Below, one piece after another: positions 20,028-30,121 of a stretch of 32,000 bases of DNA. Numbering within the stretch: position 1 is the stretch's first letter; every line of letters begins with the position of its first letter. The notes beneath the pieces were generated by a model, which saw nothing but the letters and a program-made list of their open reading frames with translations, was not told the origin of the DNA and searched no databases. The DNA lies in assembly GCF_000010065.1 (NCBI RefSeq), contig NC_006576.1:900001-932000 (forward strand), in the 5' to 3' direction. The translations under genes and the position numbers were made by a program. The DNA comes from Synechococcus elongatus PCC 6301. GTDB taxonomy: Bacteria > Cyanobacteriota > Cyanobacteriia > Synechococcales > Synechococcaceae.

Positions 20028-20029
20028 AG

Positions 20030-20359
20030 CTACGGCTGATAGTCAGTTTCTGGCCAAGTAGCTTTGATTTCAGCCGCTTGCTGAGCAGTCGTAAACCGCT
20101 CCCAGAGAATGCCATTGCAATCGCGATCGCACTCAAACGATTCTGCTTGCGGATCTTCCCAGCCCAAGTGGCGGAGTTGACCCGCTTGTTCTGGCTCTGT
20201 CTGGCGAATCGAAAGGTTGAGCTGCGGCGTGCGCCAGAGTGCATAGGCTCCGGCGATCACGACTTCGGGTTCTTGCCCCAGTCGCTGCGAATAATCCGCT
20301 ACTGAAGCAGCAACATCAGCCACAGCGATCGCGATGTGCAAGCGTTTCGGCTCAGTCAT
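20030..20359 (-). CDS. VOC/glyoxalase-fold-like small protein
   Basis: LHIAIAVADVAASVADYSQRLGQEPEVV...YALWRTPQLNLSIRQ pattern. Confidence 0.6.
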   Translation of the reverse strand: MTEPKRLHIAIAVADVAASVADYSQRLGQEPEVVIAGAYALWRTPQLNLSIRQTEPEQAGQLRHLGWEDPQAESFECDRDCNGILWERFTTAQQAAEIKATWPETDYQP

Positions 20360-20410
20360 CTGCCAACTCCTCGAACACGCTTAGGGACAGCAATTGCCCG
20401 ACTAAATCAC

Positions 20411-22162
20411 TCAGCGATTGGATTCGAGAGCCAGCGTAGGGAAGAAAGCCGCAGCGCGATCGCGAGAGAAAGCCACAAAGGCATTAAAGGCATGGCCTGC
20501 CACTCGGGCAGGTTCCAGTTCCGGTCGCAGCAGCTCCCACAGTCGCTGCAGGGGTTCCGTTTGCAAGCGCTCATTCTCAGTCAGAGCGAGCAGCAGCTGA
20601 TTGCGCAGATAAGCTCCTTCATCCGAGAACAGATATTGCAGACCCATTTGTGCAGTCGGCAGTAGATCAAAACCGCCGTCATTCTGAGCGATCGCAATCA
20701 GATTTTCGAGGCGATTCCAGCGGAATTTGCCATCTTTGACCAACACTTCCAAGAGACGACGACGGAGCTGCGGCGATTCACCCTGTAGTAGTCGCTTAGC
20801 GATGTAGGGATAGGCCACATCGACAATGCGGAAGTCGGGATTAACGCTCAACGCCAAACCTTCTTGCGTGACGAGCGATCGAATGATCAGGGCAAATTTA
20901 GCCGGAACACGGAAAGGATAGTCATACATCAACTCTGAGAAGCGATCGGTAATCGTCTTGAAGTTGAAGTCGCGAACCTTCTCGCCCATGATGTCGCCCA
21001 GCACCGACTCCAAGGCTGGGATAATGGGCGTGAGATCACTATCGGGCGTCAGGAAGCCAAGGGTAATAAAGTCCTGCGCCAGCTCAACATAATCACGATT
21101 GATCAAGTGAACGACGGCATCGACTAGGGTTTCTTTGGTCAACTGATCCAGCTGATCCATCATGCCGAAGTCAATGTAAGCCATGCAGCCTAAGCCATCG
21201 GGTCGCGGGCTGGATGGCAGGGCAAAGAGGTTGCCCGGGTGAGGATCGGCGTGGAAGAAACCAAATTCCAGCAGTTGCTGCAAACCGGAAATAACACCAG
21301 TTTTGACTACTGCATCTGCATTAATACCCAACTGGTCAAGTTCGGCAGCAGCAGTGAGTTTGACACCGTCAATCCATTCCAGCGTCAGCACATGACGGCT
21401 GCTAAATGCCCAGTAAATTTTGGGCGCTTTGACATAGGGACAGTCGCGGAAGTTTTCGGCAAAACGTTCCGCATTACGTCCTTCATTTTCGTAGTCAATT
21501 TCCTCGAATAGCTTGTAGCCAAACTCATCGACAATCAGCGTCAAATCGTGGCCAAGATTGAGTGGCAACAACGATCCAAACCAAGTTGCAGCCCAGCGAA
21601 TCAGAAACAGATCGAGGGTGATTGTCGGCAGCAGATTAGGGCGCTGGACTTTAACTGCGACCGTTTCGCCACTGAACAATTTGCCTTTATAGACCTGACC
21701 TAAACTGGCAGCTGCGATTGGCTCTGGCGAGAGTTCTTCAAAGGACTGACTGACGGGTCGCCCCAGTTCCTCTGCCATGATCTCGAAGGCTTGATCATTG
21801 GGAAAAGGGGGCAGCTGGTCTTGCAGTTTGGTCAGTTCATCCAAGAAATCGACTCGCACCAAATCTGGCCGCGTCGAGAGGGCCTGACCCGCTTTGATAA
21901 AGGTTGGTCCTAGGTTCGTCAGAATCTGTCGTAGTTCCGCTGCCCGCTCCGGCAGATGAGCATCACCAGCCTGTTGGCGCTGATCCCATAACAGTCGCCA
22001 GCCAAACCCTAGGAAGTTCCAGAAAATAACGCTGAGCCGCGCGATCGCCAACCAAGGACGACGACGGTAGTAGCGGGTGATCGCCTCGGCATCGTAGCGA
22101 TCGTAGGCAGCAAGGGGAAAACTCACAGGCGGCAACCAAAACTGGAGGAGCGCACTGGCCAC
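20411..22162 (-). CDS. ABC1/UbiB-family atypical kinase
   Basis: LGPTFIKAGQALSTRPDLV...PIAAASLGQVYKG...FHADPHPGNLFAL...YIDFGMM motifs. Confidence 0.92.
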   Translation of the reverse strand: MASALLQFWLPPVSFPLAAYDRYDAEAITRYYRRRPWLAIARLSVIFWNFLGFGWRLLWDQRQQAGDAHLPERAAELRQILTNLGPTFIKAGQALSTRPDLVRVDFLDELTKLQDQLPPFPNDQAFEIMAEELGRPVSQSFEELSPEPIAAASLGQVYKGKLFSGETVAVKVQRPNLLPTITLDLFLIRWAATWFGSLLPLNLGHDLTLIVDEFGYKLFEEIDYENEGRNAERFAENFRDCPYVKAPKIYWAFSSRHVLTLEWIDGVKLTAAAELDQLGINADAVVKTGVISGLQQLLEFGFFHADPHPGNLFALPSSPRPDGLGCMAYIDFGMMDQLDQLTKETLVDAVVHLINRDYVELAQDFITLGFLTPDSDLTPIIPALESVLGDIMGEKVRDFNFKTITDRFSELMYDYPFRVPAKFALIIRSLVTQEGLALSVNPDFRIVDVAYPYIAKRLLQGESPQLRRRLLEVLVKDGKFRWNRLENLIAIAQNDGGFDLLPTAQMGLQYLFSDEGAYLRNQLLLALTENERLQTEPLQRLWELLRPELEPARVAGHAFNAFVAFSRDRAAAFFPTLALESNR

Positions 22163-22228
22163 TGACCCTAACCTAGATTGTCAGAAGCTTGTAACAACAG
22201 TATAGAAAACGACACAAAGTCACGCCGC

Positions 22229-23698
22229 ATGGCCAAGCCGCTCTTTGACCAACTGCTGGCGAGCGCTCAGCAGGCCCGCGCTCCTTTTCACACGCCGGGA
22301 CACAAGCTCGGGCGGGCGATCGCAACCCATCTTCAACAGGCCTGGGGATCAGCCATTTTCCAGAGTGATCTACCCGAGTTACCGGAGTTGGATAATCTCT
22401 ACGCCGCCAGCGGGGTTTTAGCCGAGAGTCAAGCCCAAGCAGCGGAGGTGTTTGGGGCCGATCGCAGCTGGTTTTTGGTCAATGGCTCGACTGGCGGACT
22501 GTTGGCCGCGATTTTGACCATCTGCAGTCCCGGCGATCGCCTGCTGTTGCCCCGCAATGCTCACCGATCGCTGTTGAGTGGCTGCATTTTGAGCGGCGCG
22601 ATGCCGGTTTGGATCACGCCACCGGAGGCGGCAGACTTTGACCTAGTTGGTGTCCCAACGCCTGAACAAGTCGCTACAGCACTGGCTCAGGATCCGCAGA
22701 TCAAAGCAGTTGTGCTTGTCTCACCGACCTACGAAGGAGTCTGCGCGGATGTGGCTGCGATCGCCGCGATCGCACACAATCACAACCTGCCGCTGATTAT
22801 TGATGCCGCTCACGGCGCGCATTTGGGCTTCCATCCTGACCTCCCGCGATCGCCCTTACATGAAGGCGCAGATTTGGTTGTCCAATCAACTCACAAGCTA
22901 CTGGGAGCGTTGACTCAAGCCGCCATGCTGCACTGCAAGGGCGATCGCATTGATCCTGAACGGCTCAGCCAATCCTTAGCTCTGGTGCAGAGCAGTAGCC
23001 CGAGTTACCTCTTGCTAGCCTCGCTGGAAGCGGCAACAGAACAGATGCGAACTTCAGCCCAAGACTTACTCCAAGTCACCATTGATCTCGCTCGCCAAGC
23101 CCATCAGCGACTGGCCGAGTTGCCGGGTCTGCAGTTACCCGCTCTAAAGATCGGCAATCGCGAGGGCTTTCCCCAGTGGGACCGAACACGGCTGGTGATC
23201 AACTTTCAGTCCTGCGGCTGGAGCGGCTTCTGCGCCGATGAATATTTGCACGAGCAATGGCAAGTTACGGCGGAGTTGCCCAGCCTCTCGAATCTTGTTT
23301 TTCATCTCAGCTTGGGTAACCGTATTGAAGACATCGATCGCCTCGTCACAGCCTGCGATCGCCTCCTCTCTCAGGAACATCAAGAGGAACTGCCACCGCG
23401 TCTGCCGGTTTGGTTAGAACCCGAAACCATCCTGAGCCCTCGCCAAGCTTGGTTTTCTCGCCATCAAACCGTCAGTGCAGAGCAAGCGATCGGCGCGATC
23501 GCGGCAGAATGTGTTTGGCCCTACCCGCCCGGGATTCCCGTTTTGGTGGCTGGCGAGCGGATTTCGAAGAGCGCAGTAGACTATCTGCGACAGGTACAGA
23601 CGACCGGCGGCATTCTCAGCGGGTGCGCTGACCCTGAACTAACCACCCTGCGCATCGTGCAGGACTCTGACACGATTCATGCCTCCTGCCTCTCCTGA
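22229..23698 (+). CDS. Orn/Lys/Arg decarboxylase family PLP enzyme
   Basis: FHTPGHKLG..., LVNGSTGG, LIIDAAHGAHLGF, VQSTHKLLGALTQAAMLH (PLP lysine). Start refined to MAKPLFDQ. Confidence 0.88.
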   Translation: MAKPLFDQLLASAQQARAPFHTPGHKLGRAIATHLQQAWGSAIFQSDLPELPELDNLYAASGVLAESQAQAAEVFGADRSWFLVNGSTGGLLAAILTICSPGDRLLLPRNAHRSLLSGCILSGAMPVWITPPEAADFDLVGVPTPEQVATALAQDPQIKAVVLVSPTYEGVCADVAAIAAIAHNHNLPLIIDAAHGAHLGFHPDLPRSPLHEGADLVVQSTHKLLGALTQAAMLHCKGDRIDPERLSQSLALVQSSSPSYLLLASLEAATEQMRTSAQDLLQVTIDLARQAHQRLAELPGLQLPALKIGNREGFPQWDRTRLVINFQSCGWSGFCADEYLHEQWQVTAELPSLSNLVFHLSLGNRIEDIDRLVTACDRLLSQEHQEELPPRLPVWLEPETILSPRQAWFSRHQTVSAEQAIGAIAAECVWPYPPGIPVLVAGERISKSAVDYLRQVQTTGGILSGCADPELTTLRIVQDSDTIHASCLS

Positions 23699-24293
23699 CC
23701 GTTCCTGGCCCTACACGACGTCGGGCATCCCTGACGATTGGTTTGCCCAACTACCCGGAATCCCCCTCACGAAGCGGGAAGTGCGGCTGCTGATTTTGGC
23801 GCAACTCCGCCTCGAAGCTAGCTCCTGTCTCTGGGACGTTGGCGCAGGAACGGGCACGATTCCGGTTGAAGCGGGTTTGCTCTGCCCCAAGGGCAAAGTG
23901 ATTGCGATCGAGCGGGATGAGGAAGTTTGCGCCCTGATCCAGCGCAATTGCCAACAGTTCGCCGTCAGCAATGTCGATGTCGTTATGTGCACCGCACCCG
24001 ACTGCTTGGCGGCGATCGCCCACTCTCCCGATCGCGCCGTGATTGAAGGCGGCCGCCCGATCGCCACTGTGATTAGTAGCGTCTGGCAACGACTCCAGCC
24101 CCAAGGTCGCCTTGTCGTGACCACTGCCAGCTTGGAGGGGCTATATACGATTTCAGAGACGCTAGCTCAGCTCCCAGCTCGCAATATCGAAGTGGTGCAA
24201 GCGGCGATGAATCGTCTCGAACGCCGAGGCCGCAGCCAAGTGCTCGCGGCAGTTGATCCAATCTTTATCCTCAGCGGTGAAAAACTGGAATAG
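23679..24293 (+). CDS. cbiT: Precorrin-6Y C5,15-methyltransferase, decarboxylating subunit (CbiT-type)
   Basis: GIPLTKREVRLLILAQLRLEASSCLWDVGAGTGTIPVEAGLLCPKGKVIAIERDEEV. Confidence 0.85.
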   Translation: MPPASPDRSWPYTTSGIPDDWFAQLPGIPLTKREVRLLILAQLRLEASSCLWDVGAGTGTIPVEAGLLCPKGKVIAIERDEEVCALIQRNCQQFAVSNVDVVMCTAPDCLAAIAHSPDRAVIEGGRPIATVISSVWQRLQPQGRLVVTTASLEGLYTISETLAQLPARNIEVVQAAMNRLERRGRSQVLAAVDPIFILSGEKLE

Positions 24294-24299
24294 CTCCTA

Positions 24300-24935
24300 T
24301 CAGCAAGAAACCGACTCTAAACCTTGAGTCATCACTGCAAAATCCGCCAGTGCAATGTCAGGAATTGCCGCCAGTACAGACTCCCAATCAAGACTGGCTT
24401 GAAGAGTCTGGACAACAATCGGAAGAGGCTCCGCAAAAATCACGGGCCAGTCGGCTTCCCCCAGCTGCTGTGCTGAGTAGGCAAGCTGCTCTTGCGGTGG
24501 GCAAAACTGAGCATCAATGTCCGCTTTATTGCCTCGTGGATCGAGGCGATACCAACCAAGTCCCGGGAGTTTTACAGCCACTAATCCATGCAAGCAGTAG
24601 CGCTCGCTCGCTTCATCAAAGCTGAGTCGCTGATAGCAAAAGCCCGCTGGAATTGAGCAAGCCCGCAGCAGTGCAACCAACAGATGACTTTTGGCGTAGC
24701 AATAGCCGGTTCGATGCTCCAGCACCTCTGAAGCGCGACAAGTGACAGGATTAAGTTGATAGTCGGAACTATGGCGAATCTGATCGCGCACCCATTCAAA
24801 GCAAGCCTGAGCGATCGCCGTTGTAGAAGTCTGATCAGCCCGAAGTTCTGCCGCCAAGATTTGAATCGAGGGATGATCGAAATTGATCACAGAACTCACA
24901 GCAAGATAGGGACTGATTGACTCAACTGCTGACAT
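24300..24935 (-). CDS. Transglutaminase-like cysteine protease-fold protein
   Basis: SEVLEHRTGYCYAKSHLLVALLRACSIPAGFCYQRL...HGLVAVKLPGLGWYRLDPRG (Cys-His-Asp). Confidence 0.8.
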   Translation of the reverse strand: MSAVESISPYLAVSSVINFDHPSIQILAAELRADQTSTTAIAQACFEWVRDQIRHSSDYQLNPVTCRASEVLEHRTGYCYAKSHLLVALLRACSIPAGFCYQRLSFDEASERYCLHGLVAVKLPGLGWYRLDPRGNKADIDAQFCPPQEQLAYSAQQLGEADWPVIFAEPLPIVVQTLQASLDWESVLAAIPDIALADFAVMTQGLESVSC

Positions 24936-25557
24936 TTTTCAGAACATCCAAATCTGCACCCACGATCGCTTCTAAATTCTCAGTAATTTTCTCAACTGGC
25001 CAATCCCACCAAGCAATTTCTAACAAGGCTTCGATGACAGGCTCTGAAAAACGCATCTTCAAAACATCTGCGGGATTTCCCCCAACAATCCCATAGGGTG
25101 GCACATCTTTAGTAACGAGCGATCGCGCTCCGATAATCGCACCGTGACCGATTTTCACACCTGGCAAAATTAGCGTTTCATAACCAATCCAAACATCATT
25201 ACCAATGACGGTATCACCTTTATAAGGATAGTCGCCCGGCTGAGGCATAACGCGATCCCAGCTCGGCCCAAAGATCTCAAAGGGATAGGTTGAAAAGCCC
25301 GACATCTTGTGAGCCGCACCATTCATGATGAATTTCACACCTCGAGCGATCGCACAAAACTTACCGATGATCAGCTTATCGCCGACAAAGGGAAAGTGAT
25401 AAAGCACATTACGCTCAAAGTTCTCAGAATCTTCAGGATCATCGTAATAGGTGTAATCCCCAATCAGAATATTGGGATTTTTCACCGTATTCTTGATGAA
25501 GCAGACCTGCAGAAAATCTGGCAAAGGATGCTTATTGTGAGGACTGGGATAGGTCAT
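24922..25557 (-). CDS. Vat/CatB-type hexapeptide (xenobiotic) O-acetyltransferase
   Basis: ILIGDYTYYDDPEDSENFERNVLYHFPFVGDKLIIGKFCAIARGVKFIMNGAAHKMSGFSTYPFEIFG...VIGNDVWIGYETLILPGVKIGHGAIIGARSLVTKDVPPYGIVGGNPA. Confidence 0.85.
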   Translation of the reverse strand: MTYPSPHNKHPLPDFLQVCFIKNTVKNPNILIGDYTYYDDPEDSENFERNVLYHFPFVGDKLIIGKFCAIARGVKFIMNGAAHKMSGFSTYPFEIFGPSWDRVMPQPGDYPYKGDTVIGNDVWIGYETLILPGVKIGHGAIIGARSLVTKDVPPYGIVGGNPADVLKMRFSEPVIEALLEIAWWDWPVEKITENLEAIVGADLDVLKNVSS

Positions 25558-25589
25558 TAACAGCAGTCAAATCAGTAGGGGACTCGTTT

Positions 25590-26810
25590 CTAGCAACGCT
25601 GACAAAGATCGCTCGGTAAGACCTCAGCTAAGCCCAAGATTTCTAAGTGAGTCAAGTGAATTTGAACCTGATGAAAGTCCAGCCCCGATTGCTCGACAAT
25701 GTCATCTTTGCTGATCGGCTGGTCGCTTAACAGGGCATAGACCTGTGCTTGTTCAGGACTGAGATCAGCGATCGCTTCTTCTACTTCTTGACTCGGCACT
25801 GCTGAGGGCATCAGGGGCGGGGACTGTGGATCGAGGGGTGGCAACTGCCGCAGCCAGTCGAGGAGATGACCGGAGCCTAAAATTGGTTGCGCACCCTGTT
25901 GAATTAAACTCAGGCAACCTGCTGCTTTAGGGTTATCTAAACTATTGGGCAAGATGTAGACATCTCGACAGAATTCATTCGCGAGATGAGCTGTAATCAA
26001 CGCACCTGATCGACCTGGCGCTTCTGTCACTAACAGTGCCCGACTGAGACCCGCAATGATGCGATTGCGGGCAGGAAAAGAGCCGCGATCGGGTTGCGTG
26101 CCGCTGGGCTGCTCACTCAGAATTAATCCACCTTGCTCCAAAATCGCCTCGTACAAGGCGCGGTTCTGCGGCGGATAGATCACATTGACGCCAGTGCCGA
26201 GCACTGCCACGGTTTTGCCCCGCGCTTCCAGACAAGCTTGATGGGCTTCCGTATCCACGCCGTAGGCCAAGCCAGAAATCACGGTGTAACCGGCTTGGGC
26301 GATCGCACCACTTAACTTGCCAGTCCAGCGACGACCGTAGGGCGAGGGGTCACGAGTGCCCACAACCCCGATCGCGACAGCGTCCAGCGGCGGTTGAATC
26401 AGGTCTAAGTTGCCTCGGTAGTAAAGGACAGGCGGTGGCGTGGGAATTTCACGTAAGAGGCGCGGATAGGCCGGATCAGTCCACAGTAAAAAATGAGGAT
26501 TTTGGCGCTGGTGCTGCTCCCACAAAGCTTCTGGCTGGTGCTGCTGTCTGACAGTTGCGATCGCTTCTGCCAACAACAACCCGATCCCATCGACTTCCAG
26601 TAGTGCAGTTGTTGGTGCTTCCCAAGCAGCTTCAAAGCAACCAAAGTGCATCAGCAACCGCCGGAGCAAGGCTGGCCCTAGGCGTGGCACATGTGACAGG
26701 GCAAGACAGTAGAGGGACTCCGGATCAGGACTGGCCCAAGCCGTCGAGGATTCTTGCAAGCGCGATCGCAGCGGTGCAACAGAATCAAGCAAGGTCATAG
26801 CAGCGATCAC
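25590..26810 (-). CDS. dprA: DNA-processing protein DprA/Smf
   Basis: AIGVVGTRDPSPYGRRWTGKLSGAIAQAGYTVISGLAYGVDTEAHQACLEARGKTVAVLGTGVNVIYPPQN...EQPSGTQPDRGSFPARNRIIAGLSRALLVTEAPGRSGALITAHLA. Confidence 0.95.
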   Translation of the reverse strand: MIAAMTLLDSVAPLRSRLQESSTAWASPDPESLYCLALSHVPRLGPALLRRLLMHFGCFEAAWEAPTTALLEVDGIGLLLAEAIATVRQQHQPEALWEQHQRQNPHFLLWTDPAYPRLLREIPTPPPVLYYRGNLDLIQPPLDAVAIGVVGTRDPSPYGRRWTGKLSGAIAQAGYTVISGLAYGVDTEAHQACLEARGKTVAVLGTGVNVIYPPQNRALYEAILEQGGLILSEQPSGTQPDRGSFPARNRIIAGLSRALLVTEAPGRSGALITAHLANEFCRDVYILPNSLDNPKAAGCLSLIQQGAQPILGSGHLLDWLRQLPPLDPQSPPLMPSAVPSQEVEEAIADLSPEQAQVYALLSDQPISKDDIVEQSGLDFHQVQIHLTHLEILGLAEVLPSDLCQRC

Positions 26811-26824
26811 AGACAGATCGCTCC

Positions 26825-27613
26825 CTAGGGTGCCCGCCCACAGACCAATCGCACGACTGCGCCCATGTTGGCTGCTAAAGTCTGCTGCGCAGAGCCGTTA
26901 CGCTGGGCGATTTCCAAATAGCCATGACTCCCTGCCAGCACCAGCAGCTCGCCAATCGCAACCTCGCTGTAAGTCCGAGCCAAGGGCAACCAGCGATCGC
27001 CCCAGATCAGACCTGCCGCTGTTTGACCCAGTTCGGCTGGAAGATTGGTGATCAAGTTGCCAAAGCGATCGATCGCCTGAATTTGTCCCTGCCAACCCTG
27101 ATCCGATCGCTGCGGGTGCGACTCGATCAGAGTCTGCAGGGAAGCGGGATCGATCAGAGGCCCCAGCTCAGTCAACGGCACGCCATTGAGCAAATGAGCG
27201 GCCGCCGGTGCAAAAATGTCGCGACCATGGAAAGTCGGATCAGGCTGGGGCGATTGCCAGTAGTTCGGGTTAGTGAGGCTAACTGCCCGTTGTGCTGGAA
27301 AGCGACTGAGGACGCCACTCCAAAGGCCATTGTCAGGGCCAATTAATAGGCCGATCGCGGTTTCAATGACCACAGCGCGGCGATCACTACCCACGTCCGG
27401 ATCCACAACAGCCAGGTGCACGCTGCCGGCTGGGAAGTAGGGCACGGCTTGCAATAACTGCCAACGCCCTGCCGCCACATCCTGTGCTGGAACTTCATGA
27501 CACAAATCAACTAGGGTTGCCTGCGGGCAGAGGGAATAAATCACCCCTTTCATCGCCCCCACGTAACTGTCCTGCGACCCAAAATCCGTCAGTAAGGTCA
27601 GCAGGCGACTCAT
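26825..27613 (-). CDS. SAM hydroxide adenosyltransferase (DUF62 family)
   Basis: LLTLLTDFGSQDSYVGAMKGVIYSLCPQATLVDLCHEVPAQDV...VVDPDVGSDRRAV...GPDNGLWSGVL...DRFGNLITNL. Confidence 0.9.
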   Translation of the reverse strand: MSRLLTLLTDFGSQDSYVGAMKGVIYSLCPQATLVDLCHEVPAQDVAAGRWQLLQAVPYFPAGSVHLAVVDPDVGSDRRAVVIETAIGLLIGPDNGLWSGVLSRFPAQRAVSLTNPNYWQSPQPDPTFHGRDIFAPAAAHLLNGVPLTELGPLIDPASLQTLIESHPQRSDQGWQGQIQAIDRFGNLITNLPAELGQTAAGLIWGDRWLPLARTYSEVAIGELLVLAGSHGYLEIAQRNGSAQQTLAANMGAVVRLVCGRAP

Positions 27614-28071
27614 TCGGGACTGTACTGCCCTGCTTGGAGTCGCGCGATCGCGGCCTCTAATGGTTCAGGGAGCTGCCGAAGAATTCGTCCCCGTTGGCGA
27701 TCGACGGGAGCCAAAATCACCTGTGCTGTAGCGCAAACTTGGTCGGGCGACAGACAGATCTGACAATCCCAGACCAGCCGCACACCTTGACTCGGGCCCG
27801 TGCGCACCCGCACCAGCACAGACTCACCGAGGGCGATCGCACGGCGATAGCGAACCCCAAGATCTACTACGGGTAAATCGACGCCCAAGGCCACCAAATC
27901 TGAGAAGGCGACGCCCACCGATCGCAGACATTCCACTCGCGCCTCTTCTAGCCAAGCCAGATAGGTGCCATGCCAGACAATGCCTGCATAGTCGGTGTGA
28001 TGGGGCTGGACCCGCAAGGGATAGTCAAACCAAGGCGGTGCTACATTTTCAAGATTTATGTCAGCAGACAT
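27610..28071 (-). CDS. Hotdog-fold acyl-CoA thioesterase (possibly the DHNA-CoA thioesterase type)
   Basis: YPLRVQPHHTDYAGIVWHGTYLAWLEEARVECLRSVGV; 4-nt overlap with the DUF62 gene. Confidence 0.8.
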   Translation of the reverse strand: MSADINLENVAPPWFDYPLRVQPHHTDYAGIVWHGTYLAWLEEARVECLRSVGVAFSDLVALGVDLPVVDLGVRYRRAIALGESVLVRVRTGPSQGVRLVWDCQICLSPDQVCATAQVILAPVDRQRGRILRQLPEPLEAAIARLQAGQYSPE

Positions 28072-28212
28072 GACGGCGTCTTTACGCGGTGCGAGGAATT
28101 CTCTCTCAAGAAATATTATGAAGAAGTGCAGGGGACGCAGTTAGCCTGCCCCGGCAGTCCCCGACGCAACCCTGCTCTGTGCTCTGTTAAACGACCCAAG
28201 GAGCTGTGGTTC

Positions 28213-29046
28213 ATGATTCAAAAAATCTTGCTCGCTGATTCTGGCACCGGCAACTCTGAGGAAATGCTCAAGCAGCTGCTGGAGATTCCGACTCTCAAGC
28301 AGGCCAGTATCTCAATTCTGCATGTAGTGCCCGGCCAAATTAGCCCTGAACAGCTAACTCAAAAATGGGAAGAAGGCGGCAAGCTACTCGCCACCGCCGT
28401 TCAGTCCCTCAAGCTCGATCCCACCAAGGTCAGCACCATCCTGCGCCAAGGTGATCCCAAAACGGTTGTCTGTCAGGTGGCGGAAGAGATCAACACTGAC
28501 TTGATCATCATGGGCTCGCGCGGTCTGAAGCGCCTGCAATCAATCCTGCAGAACTCGGTTAGTCAGTACGTGTTTCAGCTGTCGGCGAAACCAATGTTGT
28601 TGGTGCGCGACGACATCTACGTCAAACGCCTGAACCGGATTATGGTGGCGATCGATAAGTCAGAAGCAGCTCAAGAGGCTCTGAAACAAGCGATCGCCTT
28701 GGCTCGCGATATCAGCGGCGGCCAGCTGCTACTCTCTCATGTCACTAGCGGCCCGGCAGCAAGCAATCCCGAGGAAGATCCGATCTTGCAAGCAGCGGCA
28801 AAAACGGCTCGCCAACAGGGAATCGAGGTGAAACTGTTCACGGCTTCCAGTAATAAGGCCGGTGAAGCAATCTGTGCGATCGCGGCTGATGCGAATGCGG
28901 ATCTGCTGATTCTCGGCTCGCCCGATCGCCGTCCCACCATTGCCAAAGGCTTGCCGGATCTCGATCGCCTCTTGGGCGGCTCCATTTCTGACTACGTCCG
29001 CGTTTATGCGGATTGCCCCGTGCTGTTGACCCGCACCGCCGCTTAA
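28213..29046 (+). CDS. Tandem universal stress protein (two USP domains)
   Basis: MIQKILLADSGTGNSEE...DLIIMGSRGLKRLQSILQNSVSQYV...NRIMVAIDKSEAAQEAL...ADLLILGSPDRR. The extension from 27970 is rejected. Confidence 0.85.
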   Translation: MIQKILLADSGTGNSEEMLKQLLEIPTLKQASISILHVVPGQISPEQLTQKWEEGGKLLATAVQSLKLDPTKVSTILRQGDPKTVVCQVAEEINTDLIIMGSRGLKRLQSILQNSVSQYVFQLSAKPMLLVRDDIYVKRLNRIMVAIDKSEAAQEALKQAIALARDISGGQLLLSHVTSGPAASNPEEDPILQAAAKTARQQGIEVKLFTASSNKAGEAICAIAADANADLLILGSPDRRPTIAKGLPDLDRLLGGSISDYVRVYADCPVLLTRTAA

Positions 29047-29075
29047 GACCCTGGCAGTCTCAGATTTAACAAGAC

Positions 29076-29104
29076 AAAGCCCGGCGAAAATTCGTCGGGC
29101 TTTT
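29076..29104. terminator. Intrinsic terminator, shared 3' region of the USP gene and psbM
   Basis: AAAGCCCG-GCGAAAATTCGT-CGGGCTTT then TT. Confidence 0.7.
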
Positions 29105-29143
29105 AAAATGACTCATTGCGAAGACTCAGTTTGAGTCCAGCCT

Positions 29144-29251
29144 TTATTTCGCTTCGCGGCTTGCCGTCTGGATGTACAGGACGATCAAAAAGACGCTCGG
29201 CACGAGCACAAACAGCAGACTGGCAAGGAACCCAAGCTCGTTGACTTGCAT
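29144..29251 (-). CDS. psbM: Photosystem II reaction centre protein M
   Basis: Manual translation [35 protein letters not shown]; absent from the ORF track because of size. Confidence 0.93.
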   Translation of the reverse strand: MQVNELGFLASLLFVLVPSVFLIVLYIQTASREAK

Positions 29252-29350
29252 AGCGACTCAGCCTCAGTAGTAGCAGTTCCGAAAAATTTTCTTCAGCCTA
29301 CCACCCTGGGCTCTCGTGCCCCCCAGTTTTTTGCAAAAGCTTGGCGTCCT

Positions 29351-29785
29351 TTAGGTCTCAGCTGTTGCGATCGACGGTGGATCGCCGGCCACTTCAGTCT
29401 CAGTTTGTGGCAGTGCAGGCGGCGCTGTTACCGGAATTGGCCGAGCTAAATCCTGAGCGATCAGAGTCTCGCGTTGGGCCTCTTTCGGGTTGGGTTTGGT
29501 CAACACCGTCACGGGTCCATTGACGGTCGCTTGGCAGGCAAGACGGTAGGAATCAGGCTTGCGCTTGAGCTTGCGCTCCTCAAAAGACGTACGGGGCGAG
29601 AGATTCTCAGCGCCCTGAACAATTTCGACGATGCAAGTCCCGCATTGGCCGTAGCCGCCGCAGTTCATCATCTTGCCGCCGAAGGTGTAGAGGTCCACTT
29701 GGTTCTCTACAGCTTTGAAGCGGAGGTTGGCCCCATCAGCGGCAAAGACCTCTTTGTCTTCACGGATAAAGCGAATGCTCGGCAT
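29351..29785 (-). CDS. Plant-type [2Fe-2S] ferredoxin-domain protein with C-terminal extension
   Basis: [59 protein letters not shown] (C..C.GC..C...C equivalent). Confidence 0.85.
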   Translation of the reverse strand: MPSIRFIREDKEVFAADGANLRFKAVENQVDLYTFGGKMMNCGGYGQCGTCIVEIVQGAENLSPRTSFEERKLKRKPDSYRLACQATVNGPVTVLTKPNPKEAQRETLIAQDLARPIPVTAPPALPQTETEVAGDPPSIATAET

Positions 29786-30121
29786 GGGGTTGGAGTCTCC
29801 TGCGGAAAGAGCAGAGGTAAATAAATATTAAAATCTGTTTCGGCAATGTCGCGAACTTTTAAGGCGTCTCCATAGCCCTTCGAGAGCTGAAATCGCAGCG
29901 ATCGCAGTTGTAACAAGTATTTCTACTCGCTTGCTGGGCTCTCTCACACTAGATACACTTCTTCAAGTCTTAGTCACGTCGCTGGAGACCGTCGGCCCTT
30001 AGCAAGGTGCTGTCTAGCTTGTTCAGAGGCGATCGCAGCCTTCCGGTAAGCTGGATTTTGGAATCCTAGAGTCGCAGCTGAGAGCACTCTGGCTAAAAAC
30101 CTTAGAGGAGGAGCGTAGTCG

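Noticed and set aside
27970-28212. N-terminal extension of the USP ORF
   Set aside because: Would overlap the divergent thioesterase gene; the USP fold begins at MIQKILLADSG (28213) after an AAGGAG-like SD.
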